A stretch of DNA of 51,067 nucleotides, taken from assembly GCA_007117455.1 (NCBI GenBank), contig SKGM01000023.1, positions 1 to 51,067 on the forward strand, read 5' to 3'. Below are positions 35,195-43,233 of this stretch, one piece after another. The translations under genes were made by a program, and so were the position numbers. The notes beneath the pieces were generated by a model, which made no database searches, was not told the origin of the DNA, and saw only the letters and a program-made list of their open reading frames with translations. Numbering within the stretch: position 1 is the stretch's first letter; every line of letters starts with the position of its first letter. This DNA comes from Candidatus Methanomethylophilaceae archaeon (lineage in GTDB: Archaea; Thermoplasmatota; Thermoplasmata; Methanomassiliicoccales; Methanomethylophilaceae).

Positions 35195-35866
35195 ATGAAG
35201 GTCTCGCAGATAGCAGGATTCCTGGGGAGCGGAAAGACTACCGCCCTTATGAAGATCGGAGAAGGGTTGGTGAAAAAGGGTTGCCGCATCGCCATAGTCG
35301 TTAACGATGTGGGGGAGATCAGTATAGACTCCAAGTTCGTGGAGGCCAATGGCCTTGAGGCGAGGGAGATAGCCGGAGGCTGCATCTGCTGTCAGATAGC
35401 CGGTTCCTTCGCTGAGACCCTGGTCAAGCTGCACGAGGGGTTCAACCCTGAGATCGTTATCGTGGAACCGTCCGGCGTCGCCATACCTTGGGGGCTTAAG
35501 AGGGCGGCAGAGTACTCGGAGGCCAAATCCGACATGTCCATAGAACACGCCCCAGTGATCACATTGGTGGACGCCACCCGTATAGACATGCTGATGAAGG
35601 CCGTCAGGCGTCTGGTCGAGACCCAGATACGCGAGGCCGATGTTTGTTTCGTCAACAAGGTCGATGCGGCCAAGGCCGAGGATATCGCCAAGACGGAGGA
35701 GCTTATCCGCAACATAAACCCAAGGGCGGAGATAGCCCACCTCTCCTCTGTGACTATGGAGGGGATGGACCTGATATATGACATAATTGTGAATAGGATA
35801 TCACCGCGTTACGACGATGCGGTGGAAGAGGAGCTCCTGCGTAAGGAGTACGACAAGAGGGGATGA
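35195..35866 (+). CDS. COG0523-type G3E GTPase (CobW/ZigA-like metallochaperone), GTPase domain only
   Basis: Walker A GFLGSGKTT, metal-binding GCICC (CxCC) motif, VEPSG, NKVD. No CobW C-terminal domain in this ORF. Confidence 0.85.
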   Translation: MKVSQIAGFLGSGKTTALMKIGEGLVKKGCRIAIVVNDVGEISIDSKFVEANGLEAREIAGGCICCQIAGSFAETLVKLHEGFNPEIVIVEPSGVAIPWGLKRAAEYSEAKSDMSIEHAPVITLVDATRIDMLMKAVRRLVETQIREADVCFVNKVDAAKAEDIAKTEELIRNINPRAEIAHLSSVTMEGMDLIYDIIVNRISPRYDDAVEEELLRKEYDKRG

Positions 35867-36330
35867 GAATGTCCGACGACCACGACCAACTTCACCTGGA
35901 CCTCCATAGGGCCGTGGATGAACTGGGTAAATACGCCATTGTTCTCCATGTCTCATCAGAGGAGGATGTTCCGAAGAGTGAGATATACAGATTCATCAAC
36001 CACATCATGAAACGCTCTGTCCAGGAGTGTATGGCGAACGGGGCGGACATCGTCGGGCATGTCAAGTCGTTCCTGGAGTGCCCTGAGGGCAACATCATGG
36101 GCAGCATAGTCGAGGCCGACCAGGAGGAAGTGGCGATGAAGGACTCCCTGAAAGCGGACCATCTGCGTAACTTCGAGTTCACGATGCATGTTATCGTCCA
36201 TGGCATTTGGGACGACGTGGTCCGGGACCTCACACGTTCCATACTGGACGAGGTGTTTGACGACTATTCTATGGATTTCGAGATATTGGATGACCATTAC
36301 GAGCTGGAAAAGGGAATGGACCATCACTGA
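35863..36330 (+). CDS. hypothetical His-rich protein, possibly a detached CobW C-terminal-like domain
   Basis: 155 aa. ATGA overlap with the GTPase gene. His/Asp-rich termini (DDHDQLHLDLH ... DDHYELEKGMDHH). The CobW_C resemblance is only a by-eye pattern. Confidence 0.5.
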   Translation: MRMSDDHDQLHLDLHRAVDELGKYAIVLHVSSEEDVPKSEIYRFINHIMKRSVQECMANGADIVGHVKSFLECPEGNIMGSIVEADQEEVAMKDSLKADHLRNFEFTMHVIVHGIWDDVVRDLTRSILDEVFDDYSMDFEILDDHYELEKGMDHH

Positions 36331-36339
36331 GGTATTGAA

Positions 36340-36660
36340 ATGATAGGGACTGAGGGATTCTATGATGCGATGATGAGTAAGGGGTTCTCGCCTGCGACAA
36401 TCCGCTCACTTAGGAAGTTCACATGCCCCGACTGCGGGTTCGAGTTCTCGATGATATATGCCAGGACCATAGCCTGCCAAGGCTGCTCCGAGGCCATGAA
36501 GGACTGTCCCAAGGTCAGATGCGCCAAATGCGACCTGGAGATCTGGATAAGGGACACTCCTGAGGTCTTCGGAAAGAACCATGAGAGACTTATGGCCGAT
36601 CACATTTCCAAGGTTGTCACGAAGTACAACCGGGACATGGGATGGAGCGGCAGGAGGTGA
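36340..36660 (+). CDS. hypothetical Cys-rich (zinc-ribbon-like) protein
   Basis: 106 aa with C-x2-C-x14-C-x2-C-x6-C-x4-C-x2-C. Confidence 0.55.
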   Translation: MIGTEGFYDAMMSKGFSPATIRSLRKFTCPDCGFEFSMIYARTIACQGCSEAMKDCPKVRCAKCDLEIWIRDTPEVFGKNHERLMADHISKVVTKYNRDMGWSGRR

Positions 36661-36664
36661 GTTC

Positions 36665-38680
36665 TTGTCACTGGGTCTAGGCATAGATACGGGAGGGACA
36701 TACACCGATGCGGCCCTCTTTGATTTCACATGTAACGAGGTGATAGCCAAGGCCAAGTCCCTGACCACCCGGGATGACCTCTCAATAGGGATCTCCAAAG
36801 CAATCCTCAACATGTCCAGCGACCGTCTCCCAGAGGTGGAACTGGTATCAGTGTCATCCACACTCGCAACCAACTCCATAGTCGAGGGGAAGGGTTGCAG
36901 GGTTGCCCTCCTGGTCATAGGGAGGGACTACGACCGTTCGATACCTGTGGATGTGGTTACCAAGATAGCTGGAGGTCACAACCTTGCAGGTAACGAGGCT
37001 GAGCCTCTGGACGCTGAATCGGCAGCCCGTTTCATACAGGATCATGCGGATAAGGTGGACGCCTTCGCGATCTCCTCATATCTGAGCGTTAGGAATCCTG
37101 AGCATGAGGACCGGGTCAAGGAGATGGTGAAGAAGATTTGCTCCAAGCCAGTGGTCTGCGGGCACGAGCTCTCATCCAGCCTAGGCTTCAATGAACGCAC
37201 ACTGACCTCAGTCATGAATGCCCGTCTGATACCCATAATCGCCGAACTGATGGATTCTGTCAAGAAAGTGATAGGCGACCTGGGGATAGATGCCCCGATG
37301 ATGATAGTGAAGGGTGACGGCTCCATGATGGGGGAGAAAGTGGCAATAACCAGACCGGTGGAGACCATATTGTCCGGACCAGCATCCAGTCTTACGGGAG
37401 CGAGGATGCTGACCGGCGAGGATGACGGAATCGTGATGGACATGGGCGGGACCACCACCGATATCGGTATCCTGCGTGGCGGACATCCTCGTCTTGATCC
37501 CGAAGGGGCTTTGATAGGAGGAAGGCGCACAAGGGTGCTGGCAGCCGACATATCCACCTCCGGTATAGGGGGGGACAGTCGCTTCGTTGTCAACGGCCGT
37601 AAGCTCATGATCACCTCTCTGAGGGTGATACCCCTATGCATCGGTGCAACCCAGATGCCTGACCTGATCGACAGGCTCAAACTGGCCGCCGATAGGGCAT
37701 CCAGATTCACTCCGGAGAGCTTCGATATCGACAACATTATCCAGGATGTGGAGTTCTTCGTGCTTCTCAAGGACAGGAGGGACCCCAACCTCTCCGACAA
37801 CGACCGTGCATTCCTCGAACTCCTCCATGAGGGTCCGCACTCCCTCTTGGAGGCCAACGAGAAACTGGGGATGCATCAGTTCTCATTCAATGTGAAGAGG
37901 ATGGAGGAGATGGGACTCATCACCCGTATGGGACTCACCCCCACGGACCTTCTGCATGCTGAGGGCTCCTATGTGGAGTATTCCGCGGAGGCCTCAAGGA
38001 TCGCGATAGAGCAACAGGCCAGACGTCTGGGGGTCGAACCTGGGGAGTTCATCGCCCTGGCGAAGAAGATGGTGATCGAGAAGCTGTCCATGGAACTGCT
38101 CCTCAAGTTGATGCAGGAGGAGACCGGCAAGGATGCCGAGGGAGTGGTGGCCTTGGACCTGTTACGGAAGTCGATAACCGGAACCGAGGGTAAGGACTTC
38201 GGTTGCCGTATCTCCTTGAACAAGCCGATCATCGGGATAGGGGCTCCTGTGGGAGCTTACTTCCCCACCATAGCGGAACGTTTCGACACCCGCCTCTTAC
38301 TGCCGGAGCATGCTGAGGTCGGCAACGCTGTTGGTGCCATAACCGGTAGCGTGGTGGAGAAGATGGATATCCTCATCAAGCCCAAGGCTGGTATGGGCAC
38401 CTCCGTGGACCCCCCTTGCACCCTTTTCTCCACCCTGGAGAAGCGGGAGTTCGATTCGGTCAGTGAGGCAGCTCGTTATGCGGTGGAGACCGGTAGCCGT
38501 CACGTGGACAATCTGGCCCGGGTGGCCGGCGCCGACTCCGTGGAGATAAAGGTGGAGAACCATGACAGCAAGTTCGGGTTCGGCCAGGATTATGACGGAG
38601 AGGTCCTTCTGGAGAAGCATATCCTGATCACCGCGGTCGGTAAGCCTCGGCAATTCTATGCTGGGGGAAGTTGCCGATGA
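36665..38680 (+). CDS. hydantoinase/oxoprolinase-family (ASKHA-fold) ATPase
   Basis: About 671 aa from TTG 36665, with GGAGGTGA 5 nt upstream. N-terminal GIDTGGTYTDAALFD phosphate-1 motif, plus a second ASKHA-like segment IGIGAPVGAYFP...GNAVGA. Confidence 0.8.
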   Translation: MSLGLGIDTGGTYTDAALFDFTCNEVIAKAKSLTTRDDLSIGISKAILNMSSDRLPEVELVSVSSTLATNSIVEGKGCRVALLVIGRDYDRSIPVDVVTKIAGGHNLAGNEAEPLDAESAARFIQDHADKVDAFAISSYLSVRNPEHEDRVKEMVKKICSKPVVCGHELSSSLGFNERTLTSVMNARLIPIIAELMDSVKKVIGDLGIDAPMMIVKGDGSMMGEKVAITRPVETILSGPASSLTGARMLTGEDDGIVMDMGGTTTDIGILRGGHPRLDPEGALIGGRRTRVLAADISTSGIGGDSRFVVNGRKLMITSLRVIPLCIGATQMPDLIDRLKLAADRASRFTPESFDIDNIIQDVEFFVLLKDRRDPNLSDNDRAFLELLHEGPHSLLEANEKLGMHQFSFNVKRMEEMGLITRMGLTPTDLLHAEGSYVEYSAEASRIAIEQQARRLGVEPGEFIALAKKMVIEKLSMELLLKLMQEETGKDAEGVVALDLLRKSITGTEGKDFGCRISLNKPIIGIGAPVGAYFPTIAERFDTRLLLPEHAEVGNAVGAITGSVVEKMDILIKPKAGMGTSVDPPCTLFSTLEKREFDSVSEAARYAVETGSRHVDNLARVAGADSVEIKVENHDSKFGFGQDYDGEVLLEKHILITAVGKPRQFYAGGSCR

Positions 38681-39300
38681 GGATCGCGGTCATCGCCTGT
38701 GACATATTCAAAGAAGAAGTAGAGGCACTGGTGGAGGGGGATGAGGATGTCGTCCACCTCGAGTTCCTCGAGTTCGGGCTGCACATCGAACCAGAGAGGC
38801 TAAGGGATGCGGTTGTGGAGAAGGCCAATGCCGTGGCTGACAAGGTCGACGCCATCATGCTCGGGTACTGTTACTGCCAGAGCCTCATGGGAGTCCTGAA
38901 GGACATAAAGGCCCCGGCGGAGATGGTCCACACCGACGACTGCATCGGAGTCTTCCTCACCCCTTCAGGGTATGCGGATGAGAGGCGGAAATGTGCAGGC
39001 ACCTGGTACAATTCTCCGGGATGGACCAACCTGGGCATCGAAGGTTCGATAAAGGAGTTGCGACTGGACACCGTTGCGGACGAGATAGACCCATTGGACC
39101 TGTTGCGCATGATGTTCCAGAGTTACTCAAGATGCTTGTTCATCGACACGGGAGTGGGGGACCTGGATAACCTGAAGGTCAAGTCGCAGGAGTTCGCAGA
39201 CATCATGGGACTCGAACACGAGGAGACGGTGGGCGGTTACGGGCTCCTTGCCGATGCGTTGCAAAGGACCAAGGACCTGGTGAAGAGCAGGGACTCCTAG
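38677..39300 (+). CDS. DUF1638 family protein
   Basis: 207 aa. MRIAVIACDIF...LEFGLH..PE.L...GYCYC...DDCIG pattern of DUF1638, a family typically found next to corrinoid methyltransferase genes. ATGA overlap with the upstream gene. TAG stop. Confidence 0.75.
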   Translation: MRIAVIACDIFKEEVEALVEGDEDVVHLEFLEFGLHIEPERLRDAVVEKANAVADKVDAIMLGYCYCQSLMGVLKDIKAPAEMVHTDDCIGVFLTPSGYADERRKCAGTWYNSPGWTNLGIEGSIKELRLDTVADEIDPLDLLRMMFQSYSRCLFIDTGVGDLDNLKVKSQEFADIMGLEHEETVGGYGLLADALQRTKDLVKSRDS

Positions 39301-41219
39301 GATCTGAGCCTATAGTGGGTATTGGGCACCATCAGCTCATAGCGGGTGCCCTCGCCGTGTTTACCGTTCTCGATGATGTTTATCCTGGTCACGTCCAATA
39401 TCTCTTTGACAAGGTACATGCCATCCGCCCCCAGGGAGGATGCCACGTCAAAGATGCTTTCCTTGATGTTGTCTGGCACCCCTTTACCATCATCCTCGTA
39501 CACCACCCGCATCCTTCCATCGGTTATGTTGAAACCGACCTTGATACTCTCTACGTTGTCATCATTCATGCTGAGAGCAATGATTTTCTCGAATGCTTTC
39601 GGCAGCTCGGGGTCAGCGAGTATCTCCAGGTTTCCTGTGTTGACCTCTAACATCTCCTCAGGGAGGGATAGGGTCAGGGAGGCCTGTTTGACAACATCGG
39701 AGATGCTCTGCCATTCCGGGTTCATGATTCCGACGTTCCGGAAATCCCGGGCGAATCGCATCCTCTCCTGGATACGGTTGGATGAGTCTATGATGCGGTC
39801 AAGATGATCCAGTAGTGCGGGCTCTTCCGCCATGGCTTTGAGGAAATTGACGTATCCCTTGATTATCTGAACCTGATTGGAGACCTCGAGGAACGTCATG
39901 CGCTCGACCACGTTCAGATGGAACGATGCCCTCTCGAGTTTCTCGAGTGAGCTCTCTATGTCGCTCATGTCCTCCAAGGTTATTATCGCCCCTTTGACCT
40001 CGTCCTTGCCGTTGATACGCGGTTGTATGGACACCTGGAGCGATACTGTCAGGTCGGTGGATTTGAAGCGTAGCTTATGGTGGGCGGCGACGCGGCTCCT
40101 GATTGACTCCATCACCGCCGAATACAGCTGGACGGTGAAGTCGCTCTTGTACTCAATGAGTCCTTTACCCACATGACCATCGTCAGATAGATGGTCCAGG
40201 AGTTTACGGGCCTTCAGGTTGCATTCCACTATCGCCCCTTGGCAGTCCACCACCATGATACCGACCGGTGCGAACTGGAGCATCTCCTCATATCTTCTCT
40301 CGGTCTCATACCTGGCCTCTCCGGACATCCTGCCCATGTATATCGAGGCCATGCCATCCATGAGGAGATTGAACTGGTTCAGGTCGGTGTTGTCATAATG
40401 ATCGGCCTTGTTGGCCACTCCGGCGGTACCGATGACCTTTCCTTCGTGCATAAGCGGGATCATCAGCAACCTCTTGAGACCGACGTGACCCTTGGGTATC
40501 CCTTTGATCAGGGGGTTGGGGGAGGCGTAGTCGTTTACGATTATGGCCCTCTTCTGGCGAACAGGTTCACCCCATATCCCGACCTTGTCCATCGGGTATT
40601 CGATGGGCTTCTCCTCGATACGGCACTCCCTCATGCCGGCCTGGGACCAGGAGTACATGGTCAACATATCCCTCTTCTCATCATAAAGAGCGAAATAGCC
40701 CATGCCGCTACGGGTCAGCTTCACGCTCTCTTCCAACACGAAATGCGCAACTTCCGAGAATCCGTAACGATGCATCTTGGCCAATCTTACCAGTGCCTTC
40801 AGACGGCGTTCGTTCAATGACCGCTCCTCATCTATACGGCGCTTCTCCACGGCAAGGACTATCTTGTCGGCCAGATCCGTGAAGAGTTCCCGCGGCGGGC
40901 GTTCCTTTATCATGTAGAAGTCCACGCCGAGGTTCATCGCCTCAACAGCGACCTCCTCGGAACCATTTCCCACCAGAGGTATGAAGGGGAAGTTGGTGCT
41001 CCTTCTAAGAAGACTACGGAACAGCGCCAGTCCATCAACGCCCGATGGAGGATTGTGGTCTGAGACGATGATGTCAGGGTTGAACCTCTCTATCATCTTG
41101 TCGACCTCCTCCGGGTCGAGACAGGGTACTACCCTGATGTCCCGATTGATCCTCGTTAGGAACGTCACGGCCATGTCCGAGAACGTCTGATCCTTCTCGA
41201 CTAGAAGCACCCTATACAT
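39297..41219 (-). CDS. REC-GAF-PAS protein with degenerate histidine-kinase core (apparent pseudokinase)
   Basis: 640 aa, paralogous and collinear with the next gene. Receiver Asp present (IIVSDHNPP). GAF present (GIWGEPVRQKRAIIVNDY). At the H-box position it has FLEVSNQ where the paralogue has RHDVMNQ. N-box Asn is replaced (ALSMNDD versus ENTLRHG). The G2 box is weakened. Confidence 0.8.
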   Translation of the reverse strand: MYRVLLVEKDQTFSDMAVTFLTRINRDIRVVPCLDPEEVDKMIERFNPDIIVSDHNPPSGVDGLALFRSLLRRSTNFPFIPLVGNGSEEVAVEAMNLGVDFYMIKERPPRELFTDLADKIVLAVEKRRIDEERSLNERRLKALVRLAKMHRYGFSEVAHFVLEESVKLTRSGMGYFALYDEKRDMLTMYSWSQAGMRECRIEEKPIEYPMDKVGIWGEPVRQKRAIIVNDYASPNPLIKGIPKGHVGLKRLLMIPLMHEGKVIGTAGVANKADHYDNTDLNQFNLLMDGMASIYMGRMSGEARYETERRYEEMLQFAPVGIMVVDCQGAIVECNLKARKLLDHLSDDGHVGKGLIEYKSDFTVQLYSAVMESIRSRVAAHHKLRFKSTDLTVSLQVSIQPRINGKDEVKGAIITLEDMSDIESSLEKLERASFHLNVVERMTFLEVSNQVQIIKGYVNFLKAMAEEPALLDHLDRIIDSSNRIQERMRFARDFRNVGIMNPEWQSISDVVKQASLTLSLPEEMLEVNTGNLEILADPELPKAFEKIIALSMNDDNVESIKVGFNITDGRMRVVYEDDGKGVPDNIKESIFDVASSLGADGMYLVKEILDVTRINIIENGKHGEGTRYELMVPNTHYRLRS

Positions 41220-41273
41220 CTGGACATGATATCGTTCAGTGAGTATAAAGTCATACTGGGAAGAGGACTGGCC

Positions 41274-43184
41274 TTAAGTCTGCCTGTGTATTCCCGGGGG
41301 GAATGATAACTTGAAACAAACCCCTTCGCCCTCTATGCCGGTCTCCTCGATGCGGACATCCGTCATCGAGAGTATCTCCCGAACCAGGAACATCCCAAGT
41401 CCGGTGTTCCTCCCCACCCCCTTTTGGAATATGTTCTGCTTCTGATGCAGGGGGACCCCTTTTCCATCATCCCGGTATATTATGGTCAATGAACCGTCCT
41501 CCTCAAGCTCACCGCCGATCCAAACCTGACTCACATCGCCTCCATGCCGCAGGGTGTTCTCGAAGAGATTGTAGAATACCTTGTTGAGGGCCGAGTCTGC
41601 CAGTACCTCTAAACCATCCAGGTCCACCTGGAGGTCTATGCCATGACTGTCAGATATTCCCGCGCGGACCTCATTGTGCAGGTTCAACCATAACGGCCGG
41701 TGTACCCCAAGGGACTGATAGGTTCGGGAGAAGTTCATCTGATCGGATATGATATCGAGTATGTGCTCCATACGGGACAAAAGTCTCTCTGACATCCCCG
41801 GATCTTGGACCTCCTTCATGATGCCAATATAACCATAGAGTGCCTGGAGCTGGTTCATCACGTCATGGCGGGTTATCTGATCCACGGTCTTTAGCTGATG
41901 GGCGGTCCTCTCCAGGGTCTTGTTGGCTTCGTACTCTGAACTTATATCATCCATGACGAGGATGGCTCCATTGAATCTGTTAGATTTATCCAGCAACGGA
42001 GAGGCGGTGCTGCGGATGTGGATATGTTCATCCCCTCGCATATGATGGAGTATCCTTTTGGACCCTGCAGGAAGCTCTCGGCATTCCTTGTACAGCTCCA
42101 TTATACCATTCGTGAGTTCATCGTCACAGACAAGGGCCGCGTTCCTTTGAATCCCGTTCCCCACCATGTTCATGAACAGGTCATTGGCGTCGACCAGTAC
42201 ACCTTCAGCATCCAGTAGGGCGACGGCCACGGGTATTTTCCTCATTATGGCCTCATACCTCTTCTCCGCCTCATGGAGCACCACATCACGGTTCGCCACA
42301 TCATAGAGGTCGCCCATGGAGTTCATGAGTAGTTGTAGATGGCGCAGGTCCCTCTCAGTGTAATCCTCATCTTTGTTGGCCACACCGCATGTGGCAACGA
42401 TCTTGCCTCTGTTGAATATGGGAATGGCCATCACTCGGTGGAGAGGTACGTGCCCTTCTGGAACCCCTTTTCTATACTGGCCATCTTTGGCATAATCGTT
42501 CACCATTATCGGCCTTCCTTGTCTGACAGGTTCGCCCCAGAGCCCAGTCTCATCCAGATTGTATAGTATAGGACGGTTCGAGGTACGACACTCCTTCATG
42601 CCCCCTTGTGACCAAGCGAACATGTTCAATGTCCTACCTTCAAGGTCAACCGTTGCGATGTAGCCAATTGTACTGGAGCTTATCTCCACCATCCTCTCCA
42701 ATACGAAGTGGGCCATCTCATGGAAGGGGGACTGACGCTTATCAGCAATCTGGACCATGGTCTGGAGCCGATAATCCGCCATCCTGGCCTCCCGGCGATC
42801 CCTCACCATTCTCGCAAGGCGCTCGATCTGACTTCCCAACAATAGGTGCAACTTTTCATGGTCAAGGTCCCTATTTGCATGACAATCGACACCCTGGCAG
42901 AGGGCCTCGGTCGAGAGGGTTCCATCATCGGATGGGGTCAGTATGATGACTGGAAAATCAGGATCCTGCTCCCGTACCTTTTTTATGACCTCTAGGGCAT
43001 CGGAAGCAGGAGGGTCGTGGTCAATCAGAAGGATGTCGGCTTTTGCTTTCATAAGGTCGGCCAAGGTACCAACATGGTCTATCAGCAGGGTCCCTATGTC
43101 GTTGTAAGATGAAGCCAAGGCTGTTTCCAGTCTCGAGAGCAGAACAGGATCGTTCCCTGCCAGGGCAACTCTGACCTTCCCCAT
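41274..43184 (-). CDS. REC-like-GAF-PAS sensor histidine kinase
   Basis: 636 aa. H-box ITRHDVMNQLQ, N-box FYNLFENTLRHG, G1 DDGKGV, G2 GLGMFLV. GAF with GLWGEPVRQGRPIMVNDY. The receiver-like N-terminus keeps its Asp (LLIDHDPP). Confidence 0.85.
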   Translation of the reverse strand: MGKVRVALAGNDPVLLSRLETALASSYNDIGTLLIDHVGTLADLMKAKADILLIDHDPPASDALEVIKKVREQDPDFPVIILTPSDDGTLSTEALCQGVDCHANRDLDHEKLHLLLGSQIERLARMVRDRREARMADYRLQTMVQIADKRQSPFHEMAHFVLERMVEISSSTIGYIATVDLEGRTLNMFAWSQGGMKECRTSNRPILYNLDETGLWGEPVRQGRPIMVNDYAKDGQYRKGVPEGHVPLHRVMAIPIFNRGKIVATCGVANKDEDYTERDLRHLQLLMNSMGDLYDVANRDVVLHEAEKRYEAIMRKIPVAVALLDAEGVLVDANDLFMNMVGNGIQRNAALVCDDELTNGIMELYKECRELPAGSKRILHHMRGDEHIHIRSTASPLLDKSNRFNGAILVMDDISSEYEANKTLERTAHQLKTVDQITRHDVMNQLQALYGYIGIMKEVQDPGMSERLLSRMEHILDIISDQMNFSRTYQSLGVHRPLWLNLHNEVRAGISDSHGIDLQVDLDGLEVLADSALNKVFYNLFENTLRHGGDVSQVWIGGELEEDGSLTIIYRDDGKGVPLHQKQNIFQKGVGRNTGLGMFLVREILSMTDVRIEETGIEGEGVCFKLSFPPGIHRQT

Positions 43185-43233
43185 GACTGGAATGAATCAC
43201 AGAATGTGCTATAAAACGATTGGGTTTTATCCC

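Noticed and set aside
39298-39330. Possible UAG read-through (pyrrolysine) at the end of the DUF1638 gene
   Set aside because: The in-frame continuation hits another TAG after 4 codons and then runs into the convergent kinase gene. There is no extended ORF.
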